From NCBI GenBank assembly GCA_029258835.1, contig JAPDJY010000049.1:1-60738 (forward strand): DNA of 60,738 nt. Reading direction: 5' to 3'. A program made the translations under genes and the position numbers. Positions 1 through 10,689 of the stretch are shown here, piece after piece (position 1 is the stretch's first letter; each line of letters starts with the position of its first letter). The notes below the pieces were generated by a model that searched no databases, was not told the origin of the DNA, and saw nothing but the letters and a program-made list of their open reading frames with translations. The stretch is from Thermoproteota archaeon (lineage in GTDB: Archaea; Asgardarchaeota; Jordiarchaeia; Jordiarchaeales; Freyrarchaeaceae).

Positions 1-2
1 GT

Positions 3-1523
3 TCTAGGGTGGCTGTTATGGACTGGAATACTATTAGGTTTCAGGAGCTCATGTACGCTGTGCCAATGTACGGCTCTGTGCTGTTCACGGTTAACATCAG
101 GTTAGCCCCTAAGGAGATACTGTACACCATGAACGTGGCTGAGCCGGAGGTACTGTTCATACACACAGACTTTGTTCCATACCTTACTGCTCTCCTTGAG
201 AACGTTAAAACCATCAAGAATGTTATCATCATGAGCGACCAGGTCACGTGCACCGGGGAAGGGGAGGTACCGGAGGTTAAGGCGCCAGAGGGGGTGGAGG
301 TTTACGAGTACGAGGACCTGCTTAAAAGCGCCGGTGGAAAGACTTTTTCATGGCCCGAGCTAAACGAATACGTGGTCGCCAGCTTGTTCTTCACTTCCGG
401 AACAACCGGGTTACCGAAGGGTGTATATCACACGCATAGACAAATAGTCCTGGCATCAATGCAGATACTTCTCGCATCAATGGAATACCCGCTCAGATCC
501 TCTAACAGAGACTTGGTGCTGATCTTGGTTCCGTACTTCCACATATTTGGCTGGATGCAACCGTACTACTGCTTCATCGGAGGCAACATGATGATCTTCC
601 CGGGAAGGTACGAGTGGGGACACATCACGAGGCTGATCATGGAGTACATTCCCGAAGCCGAGAAGGTCGGCGGAAGGGTTACGACGGGCGGCGTCCCGAC
701 GATGCTTTACGCGATCCTCCAAGAGGCTAAGAAGATGGGTGTGACGAACCTTAAAGGTTTCCTCTTCGGGTATGGTGGGGAGGCGTTACCAGCCTCCGTC
801 TATGAGGAAGCGAAGAGGATGGGTGTAAGCGTCATCACTGGGTATGGCCCATCTGAAACCCTCACGGCTATAACTAGAGCCGTATTTATTCCTAGGCTGT
901 GGATGAAGATGGGACTTGACGAGGAGAAACTTATAGACCACTTTGTGCTTAGCAACTCCTTAGGAGTCACTATACCCTTATCCTTCGTTAGAGTAGTGGA
1001 CGAAGATGGAAGGGACGTTCCAGCTGACGGGAAAACCCCTGGAAGGATCCTGTTCGAGGCTCCCTCGGTAACTAGGGAATACTACAAGGAACCTGAGAAA
1101 ACAAAGCATGCGTGGAGGTTTGGAGCATTCGACGTCGACGACTACGTTGTTATGGATGAACACGGATGCATAATGTTCGTTGACAGGGCTAAGGACGCGA
1201 TTAAAAGTGGAGGTGAGTGGATTCCATCCACTAGGCTTGAGGGATTCATATCAACCCATCCGGCCGTAGCCGAGGCTGCCGCCATAGGGGTTTCCCATCC
1301 GAAGTGGGTTGAGAGGCCGATAGCACTGGTCGTGTTGAAACCAGAGTATAAGGGGAAGGTTACAGAAGAAGACATAATAAACCATCTCATGAAGCATCAC
1401 GTTGAAACAGGGGAAATGCCGAAATGGTGGATCCCGGACAAAATAATCTTCATGGACGAGCTGCCCAAAACGAGCACCGGCAAAATAGACAAGAAAGTTC
1501 TAAGGGAAAAATACAAGGAGTAG
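3..1523 (+). CDS. Long/medium-chain fatty acyl-CoA synthetase (AMP-forming), 5' end outside window
   Basis: AMP-binding motif FFTSGTTGLPKG, TGYGPSET, DRAKDAIKSGGEWI and PKTSTGKIDK; the frame is open to the window start. Confidence 0.9.
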   Translation, partial: SRVAVMDWNTIRFQELMYAVPMYGSVLFTVNIRLAPKEILYTMNVAEPEVLFIHTDFVPYLTALLENVKTIKNVIIMSDQVTCTGEGEVPEVKAPEGVEVYEYEDLLKSAGGKTFSWPELNEYVVASLFFTSGTTGLPKGVYHTHRQIVLASMQILLASMEYPLRSSNRDLVLILVPYFHIFGWMQPYYCFIGGNMMIFPGRYEWGHITRLIMEYIPEAEKVGGRVTTGGVPTMLYAILQEAKKMGVTNLKGFLFGYGGEALPASVYEEAKRMGVSVITGYGPSETLTAITRAVFIPRLWMKMGLDEEKLIDHFVLSNSLGVTIPLSFVRVVDEDGRDVPADGKTPGRILFEAPSVTREYYKEPEKTKHAWRFGAFDVDDYVVMDEHGCIMFVDRAKDAIKSGGEWIPSTRLEGFISTHPAVAEAAAIGVSHPKWVERPIALVVLKPEYKGKVTEEDIINHLMKHHVETGEMPKWWIPDKIIFMDELPKTSTGKIDKKVLREKYKE

Positions 1524-1838
1524 CCTGCCTAAACAATCCCCTCCTTTTTCTTCCACGCCTCAATAGATCTTTAATCATCCTGCTGGTTCCCATAATTTAC
1601 GCTGAACCTTCCCCCTTGTGATTATTCCACTATTTTTCCCCTATTTGCCATGCAACGTGTTCCCGTCTCCTGTTTTCATTGAGAAACCATATATAACCTC
1701 AGCGGATCCAGCATTGAAAAGGACGCTGAAAACATTAACGGTACTTGCCAGGCGTTAAAAGCTGGACGTGGAACACACCATCAGCTAAGCAATGAAACGT
1801 TAACATTTACTTTTCGTAAAAAATGAAAGAAGAGAGTG

Positions 1839-3008
1839 CTATGCTCTCCCTAGTATGGTAACCGAAGCGACGCTCGCCGGCCCTCCAAGGTTGTGTGCCA
1901 GTCCGAGCTCGGGGTCCTCAACCTGCCTCCCATCCGCTCTGCCCTGAAGCTGCTTCGTAACCTCATACAGCATTCTGCAACCCGTAGCGCCTATCGGGTG
2001 GCCGAAGCACTTAAGCCCGCCTGAAGGGTTAACGGGTAAGTCCCCTTCTATCGAGGAGATTCCCTCCCTGATGAAGTCTGCGCCCTCCCCCTTCTTGCAG
2101 AATCCGAGGTCCTCATAGTTTAGTATCTCCGTTATGGTGAAGCAATCATGTACCTCGGCGAAGCTGATCTCCTTCCTAGGATTCTCTATGCCAGCCTCCC
2201 TATATGCCTCCTCAGCAGCCTTCCTAGTCGCCGGGAATCCAAGGTAGTCGAACGACGGCTTATAGAACGGGTAAACAGTCTCCACAGCCAACCCGTTCGC
2301 CTTAACAAGCACGTAATCATCCTTATGCTTATACTGCTTGGCGATCTCTGGCCTAGTCAGGATCAGCGCAGCCGCGCCGTCAGACATGGCGCAGCAGTCG
2401 TAGCGGCCAAGTGGCCACGCGATCATGGGTGCTTTTAACACGTCTTCAACTTTAATTTCACGTCTAAAGTGGGCCTTAGGGTGAGCCGCCCCATTATAAT
2501 GGTTCTTCACGGCCACGAGTGCAAGGTCCTCCTTAGTCCACCCATACTTGTGGAAGCACCTCGTCGCAGCCATGGCAAACATTCCGGGAGCCGACACCTG
2601 ACCATAGAACGGGTGGCCGAAGTCTGTGAGACCCGGCAGCCCCCTAGTTCCAGAATCCATGATCTTCTCAACGCCGCAAGCCATCACGATGTCATATGCA
2701 CCTGACGCCACGGCAAAGCAAGCGTTCCTGAAAGCGTCCATCCCTGAAGCACAGTAGTTTTCAACCCTCGTGACAGGCTTACCGTAAAGCTTGAGAGGCT
2801 CCGCCGCAGCTGTCCCCGCAAGCCCGGTAAAGTAGTAGAAGACCCCACACCATATCGCGTCAACATCGCGTGGCTCTATTCCAGCGTCCTCGAACGCCTC
2901 ATAGGATGCCTCTACAAGCAAGTCCTCCATGTCCTTCTCCCAGAGCTCACCAAACTTCGTGCATCCAACCCCTATTATAGCAACCTTATCCTTAATTCTT
3001 CCTCTCAC
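1839..3008 (-). CDS. SCP-x type thiolase / acetyl-CoA acetyltransferase
   Basis: VENYCASG active-site Cys, EVHDCF, NPSGGLKCFGHPIGATG, AHNLGG; start overlaps the stop of the upstream gene (GTGA). Confidence 0.92.
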   Translation of the reverse strand: MRGRIKDKVAIIGVGCTKFGELWEKDMEDLLVEASYEAFEDAGIEPRDVDAIWCGVFYYFTGLAGTAAAEPLKLYGKPVTRVENYCASGMDAFRNACFAVASGAYDIVMACGVEKIMDSGTRGLPGLTDFGHPFYGQVSAPGMFAMAATRCFHKYGWTKEDLALVAVKNHYNGAAHPKAHFRREIKVEDVLKAPMIAWPLGRYDCCAMSDGAAALILTRPEIAKQYKHKDDYVLVKANGLAVETVYPFYKPSFDYLGFPATRKAAEEAYREAGIENPRKEISFAEVHDCFTITEILNYEDLGFCKKGEGADFIREGISSIEGDLPVNPSGGLKCFGHPIGATGCRMLYEVTKQLQGRADGRQVEDPELGLAHNLGGPASVASVTILGRA

Positions 3009-4441
3009 TGCCCACTCCCTCCTTTCCTTTCTCTAACCGGTCTAGCTTTCCAGTAGTAATGGTAGAACCCCTCACTTTCATGGATTACCCTGAACGTTAA
3101 CTCTACGGGCATCCCGACTTTTACGTCTTTCGGGTCGCAGTCCGTCATCTCAACGAACACCCTCCCCCCTCCTTCCAAGTCTACCACCACCCTTGGCACC
3201 GGCGTCGCGTAGTACTCGCCTCCCACAAGGTGGTCCAGGGTGAACGTGAAAACCTCCCCTCTCTTAGCCAGCCTCACCTCGTCAAAGTTGTCCTTTGTAC
3301 CACACTCGCAGCAAACCCTGTTAAGGGGGTACTGAACGGCTCCACAGCTCCTACACTTTACACCCTTAAGAGGTAGGATCTCCTTCCTGTCCCTCCAGTA
3401 AGTTACGGTTGATGTCTTCCTGGTAAACCTCTGCTTCCCTAAGAGGTTCCTGAACTTTATGTAGTCATCGTAGTTCGTCAGCGGCTTCATGGTTTCTAGG
3501 TGGCCCCTCACACCCCTTCTCGGCATCCTGTTAACCTCCTCTATGCCGTCCTTGACTTCGAGGAGGATGGCGTCCCCTCCGTCACCCGCGCTTGCAACCA
3601 CTATCCTGTCACCCGGCTTCGCCGCCTCCAAGGCTGAGGCAAGCATTATGAGGGGGTGAGGAGTCCCTGTCACGCCTATGGTGAAGAAGAGCGTGTCCTG
3701 GAGCTGCTCGAACTTGAACCCAAGCATGCTGGCCACCCTCCCATGGCTTCTGGGATCGGGAGCGTAGAGAACAGCTTTCGCCACATCCCCAGGCTGCAAA
3801 CCCGCTTTAGCCATCAACCCGGCCACGGCATCATAAATGTTCTTACCGTACCCGTACAGTACATCGTGCCTTGCCTCGAACTCCCTCACCCAAACGTCTC
3901 TGCCCTTCCTCCACGGACCGACGAACTCGTCGCTCACGGTGTAATAGTCCACTATTTCCGCCGCCACCCCGTCCTCCCCTAGAAGGATGGCGGCTGCCCC
4001 GTCGCCGAACTGGAACTCGTACATGCTCTCCGGCTCAGGTATTCTGCAGTCTGCGGCTGCGACAAGGATCCTTCCCGCACCTCCACTCTTAATGGTGTTG
4101 TATGCTGCTATCAAAGCCGTGGTTCCCGCCCTAATGGAATCAGTAAAGTCCGTGGTCATCACGTCCCGCCTCATGTCCAGAGCCCACGCTATGGTTGGTG
4201 CGCTCATCTTCTCAGCGTACGGCGCGGTGGTCGTAGCGAAGAAAACCCCGTCTATCTCCTGTGGCTCCAACCCATCGAGGCAGTCCATGGACGCCTCCAC
4301 GGCCATGGTTACACTGTCCTCGTCCGCATTGGCGACCGCCTTGCTTCCTGGAACAGGGGGGAAGTCCCACGCCTTAGCGATCAGCTCCCTGTTGAGGGCA
4401 TGTAATGGTATGTAAACCCCGTAAGATAATATTCCAACCAA
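3005..4441 (-). CDS. HMG-CoA-synthase/KAS-III-like domain lacking the catalytic Cys, fused to a DUF35 Zn-ribbon + OB-fold domain
   Basis: DEDSVTMAVEA, GDGAAA; DSIRAGT at the usual Cys position; C-terminal CRSC...CCEC and VGMPVELTFR...YYWKARP; TTG start at 4441 after GGAGG. Confidence 0.88.
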   Translation of the reverse strand: MVGILSYGVYIPLHALNRELIAKAWDFPPVPGSKAVANADEDSVTMAVEASMDCLDGLEPQEIDGVFFATTTAPYAEKMSAPTIAWALDMRRDVMTTDFTDSIRAGTTALIAAYNTIKSGGAGRILVAAADCRIPEPESMYEFQFGDGAAAILLGEDGVAAEIVDYYTVSDEFVGPWRKGRDVWVREFEARHDVLYGYGKNIYDAVAGLMAKAGLQPGDVAKAVLYAPDPRSHGRVASMLGFKFEQLQDTLFFTIGVTGTPHPLIMLASALEAAKPGDRIVVASAGDGGDAILLEVKDGIEEVNRMPRRGVRGHLETMKPLTNYDDYIKFRNLLGKQRFTRKTSTVTYWRDRKEILPLKGVKCRSCGAVQYPLNRVCCECGTKDNFDEVRLAKRGEVFTFTLDHLVGGEYYATPVPRVVVDLEGGGRVFVEMTDCDPKDVKVGMPVELTFRVIHESEGFYHYYWKARPVRERKGGSGQ

Positions 4442-4618
4442 CCATTTCCCTCCTGCCCTTAAGGCACAAACCCTTAAATCCATAATCCTATTTATTTTTT
4501 CTCTCCCTCCACCGAGGGTCCTGTTAAACACTCTAAATGCGAATGTAGGCACCAACTTGCTCCCTTCAGGAACATTTTTACCTTAACACCCTTCTAAAAT
4601 TTAAGAGGGGTGGATGAG

Positions 4619-5482
4619 TTGTGTAAATGGTGTCTCAAGCATGGGGCTGGAGGAAAATGGTACCTTAACGCTAAAAACTACCTTAGGGAGACCGCCGAGT
4701 CGGTTGACGCCTTCAACTACCTTGAAGCCCTCTGGGGGAACTTCGAGAAAATATACATAAGAAAGGTTCTCGGCATATCATCGAAGGGCATAGACTACAA
4801 ACTTAAACTCCCAATCATAGGGCGTGTGGCGAGGTGGTACATTCAACGGGGGATCGAGAAGGAGCGAAACCAAAACCCCCTAACCAACGAGGGGCACTTC
4901 GGCCAAGTCATACCACTGGAAGAGGCTAAGCGGATCGTAACAGAAATGGCGGACACGGTGGTTAGGGCCATATGCCCATGCAGGTGGATGCACCGGGGGA
5001 TGAGGGAGGAGTCATGCCTAGCGTTCACAGCCCTAGCCGAAGTCCTCCCCCGTCTGCCACGATACATACCCGAAACAGGCCTTAAACAGCTTGATGGGGA
5101 TGAGGCAGCCTCTTTCCTAGAGGAGATGGACAGGAGGGGGAGGGTTCACACCATATGGACCGGCCCTGTGCCATACATCGCAGCCCTGTGCAGCTGCGAT
5201 TACCCGCAGTGCGCCGCCATCCGGGTCAGAGTGGACTTCGGAATAAAGGCCGTCTACAAGGGAGAGTACGTAGCGACTCTTGACCCTGACAAGTGCGTCG
5301 GCTGCAGGAAGTGTGCTGGCCGATGCCCGTTTGGAGCCCTAGTCTACGCGGACTCCCTAGGGAGACCCGTGATCAACGTGGAGAAGTGCTGGGGCTGCGG
5401 CCTATGCGCGTCGGCATGCGAGGAGGGTGCCATAAGGCTTGTCCCCCGCGACGAGCTTCCAATGGTTAGGGGGGTGTACTAG
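4619..5482 (+). CDS. 4Fe-4S ferredoxin-domain protein with N-terminal CxxCxxHG..KWYL motif
   Basis: CKWCLKHG, CPCR, LCSC and two CxxCxxCxxxC motifs; start at 4610 or 4619. Confidence 0.8.
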   Translation: MCKWCLKHGAGGKWYLNAKNYLRETAESVDAFNYLEALWGNFEKIYIRKVLGISSKGIDYKLKLPIIGRVARWYIQRGIEKERNQNPLTNEGHFGQVIPLEEAKRIVTEMADTVVRAICPCRWMHRGMREESCLAFTALAEVLPRLPRYIPETGLKQLDGDEAASFLEEMDRRGRVHTIWTGPVPYIAALCSCDYPQCAAIRVRVDFGIKAVYKGEYVATLDPDKCVGCRKCAGRCPFGALVYADSLGRPVINVEKCWGCGLCASACEEGAIRLVPRDELPMVRGVY

Positions 5483-5709
5483 TGAGGACCATCGTGGAGA
5501 TAGACTATTCAAAGTGCACTAGCCCTGAGGAGTGCGGTGTCTGCCTCCAAGTCTGCCCCTCAGCCGTGTTCATAATGTACTTCACCGACGAAGATTTTCA
5601 TAATCCGAAGGAGTGGAAGGTCGAAGCCATGTTTACAAGCCTTTGCAGCCACTGCAACCTGTGCGTTAAAAAGTGCCCGAAGAACGCCATAAGCATCACC
5701 GTGAAATAA
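5482..5709 (+). CDS. Small 2x[4Fe-4S] ferredoxin
   Basis: CTSPEECGVCLQVCP and CSHCNLCVKKCP; coupled to the upstream stop. Confidence 0.85.
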   Translation: MRTIVEIDYSKCTSPEECGVCLQVCPSAVFIMYFTDEDFHNPKEWKVEAMFTSLCSHCNLCVKKCPKNAISITVK

Positions 5710-5772
5710 TTCGCCTCCATTTTTTCCTCCGCCGACCCTTCCCCCTCACCCAGCGACGCCCCCGTCCACCGT

Positions 5773-7095
5773 TTACTCTCTCTTTATCTCCTCTCCCTTT
5801 GTTCTTCTCCTAGTGGTTACATGTATAATCCAAGCCACTAGGCTTAGCAGCGCCGCGCTTAGGAGGAATGTTGCATCCAGTCCTGTTTGAAGGTAGACTG
5901 GGGTGAAGGCTATGGGGGCTAGAGCGTACCCGAGAAACCTTGTCCCGCTGAATATCGACGCCGACGTCCCCCGCATCCTGGGGGGTACAACCTCCACCGA
6001 GAGTGCTAGGAGGGCTGGCCAAATGAATGATATCCCAACCCCCATCATGCTCATGAAAACGAGGAAGCCCATAAATACGTCGCCTGACAGCGCCCTAAGC
6101 ATGCCTTGAAGCGTGAAAAGGATGGTGAGGGTCTGCCAGTCCAGCGGCAGGGTCTGCCAGTTCTCGGCTACGTTGGGGATCAGGTAGAATGGGAAAATGG
6201 GAGTCGAATACTTGGTGACGAAGGTCAGTGCTACAAGGGCGAGGACTGCTGTTGCCACCCCTACTGCTGGAACGATCCTTTTACCAAGCCTATCCGTTAG
6301 AAACCCCGCCACGGAGGAGGAAACAATCCCTAATACCCCGCTGATCGATAGGATGAGCCCAACGGAGTTGGGATCCAGAAAGTATGGGAAGCTGGTCAAC
6401 GCATCTGAGCTGAGGGACATGAGCGCTATGTATGAGAAGAACGCTATGAAACCGGCGGCGCTTACAGCTAAAACCTCCCTATACCTTGCGGCCTCCTTAA
6501 GCTCCGCCATGACTTCGCCGAGCGCTCCCTCTCCTCCAGCCTTTAAACCCCTCAGGCAAACCCACGAGCAAGCTGCTAGGCCGGCTGAGGCTGCCGCTAA
6601 AGCAAGGAATAACATGCGCCACTGGTAAGCCATGGCTCCCCCTACAAAGGGTCCTACCGCTATGCCCGTCCTGATCGCCGAGCTGAGGAAGCCCATGTAC
6701 CTCCCCCTATTCGCCACGTCGGTTAGGTCTCCTATCACGGCTATTATCACCGGTGAGACCAGTGCGTAGCCGACACCTTGCACGACCCTCGCGGCGATGA
6801 AACCCCATATGTTAACGGCCCCAGACGCTAGAGCTGATCCCAAAGCGTAAATAGCCATGCCCCCCACTATGGGCTTCCTCCTCCCGTAAACGTCGGAGAT
6901 CCCCCCCGAGAAGAACTGGATGATGGCGAAGGGAACCATGAAGAGGGTTAGGGAGAGCATTATCATGGACACGTCGGTAGACAGCTCGTTTTTCAAGACG
7001 GAGATCATCGGTAAAATCATATTTCCTCCAAAGGGGCCTATGGCACCCATGATCAGCATGAGGGCCAGCGTAACACTTCCTCCTCTGCCGGGCAA
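5773..7095 (-). CDS. MFS transporter (DHA1-like)
   Basis: Motif A GGISDVYGRRK and GFLTDRLGKR; about 12 TM segments; likely TTG start at 7095 (ORF open to 7143). Confidence 0.88.
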   Translation of the reverse strand: MPGRGGSVTLALMLIMGAIGPFGGNMILPMISVLKNELSTDVSMIMLSLTLFMVPFAIIQFFSGGISDVYGRRKPIVGGMAIYALGSALASGAVNIWGFIAARVVQGVGYALVSPVIIAVIGDLTDVANRGRYMGFLSSAIRTGIAVGPFVGGAMAYQWRMLFLALAAASAGLAACSWVCLRGLKAGGEGALGEVMAELKEAARYREVLAVSAAGFIAFFSYIALMSLSSDALTSFPYFLDPNSVGLILSISGVLGIVSSSVAGFLTDRLGKRIVPAVGVATAVLALVALTFVTKYSTPIFPFYLIPNVAENWQTLPLDWQTLTILFTLQGMLRALSGDVFMGFLVFMSMMGVGISFIWPALLALSVEVVPPRMRGTSASIFSGTRFLGYALAPIAFTPVYLQTGLDATFLLSAALLSLVAWIIHVTTRRRTKGEEIKRE

Positions 7096-7257
7096 AGGAT
7101 CACTCTCCAAGGAGCCACGATGGACCCTCGGAACGTTGCACACTCTTCATATCACCTTTATATCTCTTTCGAGCTACGGCCCCGTCAACCCTGCAGGCTA
7201 CGTTGAAGCCTCGCCGCCTAGCCGAAGAGACCATTCCTAGTGGCCAATCGATATCGT

Positions 7258-8718
7258 TTAGAGTGGCTTGTACGGTCGCTTAATTCTTTCCACGTGGTCA
7301 TGGTATTCTGCCATCGCTAGGAATGCTGAAGCCACCGTGTGGGGTGAGTCGTAGACTGGCATACCCATCTCCTTAAGGGCCTCCACCACCCTGCTATCCC
7401 TTTCAGCGTAGATCGTCGCTGCCAGAACAGGCTTCTGGTACCTGTCCCTCAGCTTAACTATCCTCTCAGCTATGTTAACCTCGCTCTGGACGCCCAGCTC
7501 CCTAAGATCCTCGTCTTTAACCATGAGGTTCACGAAAGCCTCTATTATCCCGACGCCAACCACTATTACGCCGTCCACCTCCTCCTTCCTTATGAGGGTC
7601 TCGGTGCATTTGACGAGCACCTCCGGGTCGAAGGCCCCGTCGGTGGTGTCAACCGGGTTCTGCCTGCTCCAGTGGGGAGGAAGGAACCGGTTAAGGTATT
7701 CCACCTCTTCCTCGGTTAATTCTACGAGTTCTCCTCCTCCAACACCTAGGGCGTCGGCGACGACCACTCCCCACCCCCCTCCAACGGTCACTATTCCAAC
7801 CTTCCTCCCCTTAGGTAGTGGTTGAGTGGAGAAGGCGGCAGCTATCCCCATAAGCTGCTCAACGGTGCGCGCCCTCACCATCCCGGTTTGCTTAGTGACC
7901 GCGTTGAACACCTCCTCTGAGCCGGCTAGCGCACCCACGTGGGCTTCAGCCGCCCTCCTACCCGCCTCGGTCACACCGGACTTGTAAACCACTATGGGCT
8001 TCTTAAGCACCCCCCTCCTAGCAGTCTCCATGAGCATTCTCCCGTCCCTCACGCTTTCAAGGTAAGCAGCCACAACCCTCGTCCTTGGATCGTTAATGTA
8101 GTATTCCATAACCTCGTGAACTTTAACGTCCATTTCGTCTCCGAGGTTGGTGTATCTGCTTAGACCCACGCCATACTTCCAAGTTAGCCCCATTGTCACG
8201 ACGCCCGGCGACCCTCCCTGACTCACAAAAGCCACGTCTCCCAGTCTGGGCCTAACGGGAGATAGGAGCGCGTGCAAGCTCGTAGACACGCTACAGATGC
8301 CATTACAGTTACCGCCGGTGAACCTTAACCTCCCCCTTCTCGCGGCTCTCAAAACATCCTCCCCCAGCTTCCTCCCCTCCTCCCTCCTGGTCTCGGAAAA
8401 CCCTGCACTAATCAAAACCCCTGCCCTAACTCCTGCGTCAACGCAGTCCTCCATCACCTCGGGGACACGCTGGGCGGGAACCATTATCACCGCCATATCG
8501 ACGTCAGCAGGTATCTTAGAAACAGAAGGGTACGCCTTCAACCCCATCACGCGGTCAGCCTTGGGGTTCACGGGGTATACTTCACCCTTGTAGCCTCCCT
8601 CTAAAATATTTCTCATGACAGCTCCACTAACGCTAACCTCGCTCCTCGAGGCCCCCACCAAGGCTACGCTCCTAGCCTCGTAGAGAGGTGTAAGCTGCGT
8701 CCACGAGCCACCATTCAA
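7258..8718 (-). CDS. ADP-forming acyl-CoA synthetase alpha subunit
   Basis: SVALVGAS, VYPVNP, SAGFSE, GGNCNG, phospho-His in AAEAHVGAL, NPVDTT; start trimmed to TTG after GAGGTG. Confidence 0.88.
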   Translation of the reverse strand: MNGGSWTQLTPLYEARSVALVGASRSEVSVSGAVMRNILEGGYKGEVYPVNPKADRVMGLKAYPSVSKIPADVDMAVIMVPAQRVPEVMEDCVDAGVRAGVLISAGFSETRREEGRKLGEDVLRAARRGRLRFTGGNCNGICSVSTSLHALLSPVRPRLGDVAFVSQGGSPGVVTMGLTWKYGVGLSRYTNLGDEMDVKVHEVMEYYINDPRTRVVAAYLESVRDGRMLMETARRGVLKKPIVVYKSGVTEAGRRAAEAHVGALAGSEEVFNAVTKQTGMVRARTVEQLMGIAAAFSTQPLPKGRKVGIVTVGGGWGVVVADALGVGGGELVELTEEEVEYLNRFLPPHWSRQNPVDTTDGAFDPEVLVKCTETLIRKEEVDGVIVVGVGIIEAFVNLMVKDEDLRELGVQSEVNIAERIVKLRDRYQKPVLAATIYAERDSRVVEALKEMGMPVYDSPHTVASAFLAMAEYHDHVERIKRPYKPL

Positions 8719-9297
8719 AACCACCACCTCTTTCCTCAAAAAGCCACCTAAAGAATGGGTGACACAAGCATGGATAAAAATGTTAACGGTCTTCCATAAG
8801 CCTCCCTTCCCCGGCGAAAGCGGCCTCCAGCAAGCTTCCACTGGCAGCAAACATCTTGGAAGCACGGTGTCACGGGTGAAATTGGAGGATCTCCGGTGAG
8901 GAAGCGTTTAAAAAGTTTTCCTATTCGACGGATAGCCACGCAACGCTAAACGAAACGTTCATTACCCATAACTCTCCAAGGCCCCCCAGTAAACACCTTA
9001 AACCTCTACCTCCGGCTATGGCATCTTTCCATCAACGGCCATAGCGGCAACGAGCACGTCGCCATAGGAGAGGGTGCGCAACACCTCTTTCTGCAATGAG
9101 AACACCTCATCCACACGATCAGACCCATAGGCGCCCCTTTTAAGACAGCTATTAACTAACCATCCACTTGGCTAGGCTGGTGGGGGCGAACCGGAGGAAA
9201 GCATTAAATGCCTTAACGCCTCCGTTGCCCTCTAACCGTTTTTCAGTTGAAGCCGGCACTTATCCCTTTTCATTCAGCACGGAGGAGATACTGGTAG

Positions 9298-10689
9298 TTA
9301 GATGTCCCCTCTCTTAACCCTCCTTGTTAAGTACGTACGAACCGCCTTGAAAACTTTCCTCCATACGATGAACCTTTTCTTCCTCAATTGCTGAATGAGG
9401 AACCTTGGTGAAGTGTAAAAGCTTACGTAGGCTCTCTCAACCCATCTGGCAACCTCCCAGGGGGGCATACCCTCCTCTCTAAGCCAGAACACTGGGGTCA
9501 ACGTGTCATACCTGCTCCAGTCCTCAACTAGTATCGCCCCTTTGCTCTTAAGTTCATGGTAGAGTTCGGTCCCAGGGTAAGGGGTACAAATCGTGAACTG
9601 TACGTAGTCGGGGTTTAGGAAGCGGGCGAACCTTATCGTTTTTTTAATGGTTTCCACCGTTTCCCCCGGGAACCCGAGTATGAATGATGCAAGCCTCTCT
9701 ATCCCCGCCTTAACGGTCTCCTTAAACGCCTTAACCACTTGGGCTATCCGGATTCCCTTCTTCATCAAGTTGAGGATCCTCTGAGACCCAGACTCGACGC
9801 CGTAATATATTATGTAGCATCCAGCCGCTTTAAGCTTGGAAAGCAGCCTCCTGTTTATCGTGTCAACCCTCGACGAGCATGCCCAGGAAATGTCTAGACC
9901 TCTCCTCCTAATCTCGTCACATATTTCCTCGGCGCGCCTAGCGTTAAGTGTAAAAGTGTCATCTAGAAACTCTACATTTCTAACCTTATACTTGTACACG
10001 AGCAGCTCCAGCTCGTCGGCCACGTTCCCCGGGCTCCTCCCCCTCCACCTCTTACCGAAAAGCTTCGATGAAGCACAGAAGGTACACCTGAATGGGCAGC
10101 CCCTACTGGTCATAGTGGTCGCATACCTGTAGCCTTCAAACCTGTACATGCCCATCGGGAGGAGATGATAGGCTGGCATAGGCAGGCTATCAAGGTTTTC
10201 TATGAGAGGCCTGTCAGGGTTCCTCTTCGCTACCTCCCCTCTCCTATAGGTTAACCCACGTATCTCGGATACGTCCCTCCCCCTTTCAAGCGCCCTGACA
10301 AGCTCCTTCAACGTCTCCTCTCCCTCCCCCCTCACCACGAAGTCGATGAACCGGTACTTCCTCAACGCCTCCAAGTCTATGAAGGAGAAGTGCGGCCCAC
10401 CGGCGACGGTGAACGCGCCCGCCTCCTTCGCCTCCTTTAACACCCTTAAGGCGTCGTTGTGGGCTGGAGTCGCAGCGGTCACGCCCACCAAGTCCGGGCT
10501 CCAAGATTCGATCTCACGTTTAACGTCTCTATGGCTTGCGCCGAGGACGACGCAGTCCATGATCCTGACTTCCTCCCCTTCCTCCTCCAAGCATGATGCA
10601 AGGTAGGCGAGTCCAAGCGGAGGACTACTTGTCTCGAGGACTTCTCTTATGGATGAGCGGGAAGGAGGCAGAACTAGGAGGACCTTCAT
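9298..10689 (-). CDS. B12-binding radical SAM protein (class B methylase; candidate Gmm-like lipid methylase)
   Basis: PPLGLAYLA, GGPH, TSRGCPFRCTFC, GVESGS, TPYPGT; ATG at 10689 overlaps the upstream TGA. Confidence 0.85.
   Translation of the reverse strand: MKVLLVLPPSRSSIREVLETSSPPLGLAYLASCLEEEGEEVRIMDCVVLGASHRDVKREIESWSPDLVGVTAATPAHNDALRVLKEAKEAGAFTVAGGPHFSFIDLEALRKYRFIDFVVRGEGEETLKELVRALERGRDVSEIRGLTYRRGEVAKRNPDRPLIENLDSLPMPAYHLLPMGMYRFEGYRYATTMTSRGCPFRCTFCASSKLFGKRWRGRSPGNVADELELLVYKYKVRNVEFLDDTFTLNARRAEEICDEIRRRGLDISWACSSRVDTINRRLLSKLKAAGCYIIYYGVESGSQRILNLMKKGIRIAQVVKAFKETVKAGIERLASFILGFPGETVETIKKTIRFARFLNPDYVQFTICTPYPGTELYHELKSKGAILVEDWSRYDTLTPVFWLREEGMPPWEVARWVERAYVSFYTSPRFLIQQLRKKRFIVWRKVFKAVRTYLTRRVKRGDI

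Noticed and set aside
9017-9125. Possible PIN-domain remnant (LSYGDVLVAAMA, minus strand)
   Set aside because: Too short and degenerate to support a call
9305-9318. 14-nt match (tcccctctcttaac) to the putative guide of mini-IS element 2
   Set aside because: It covers only the distal part of the guide, not the 5' seed, and is low-complexity pyrimidine sequence
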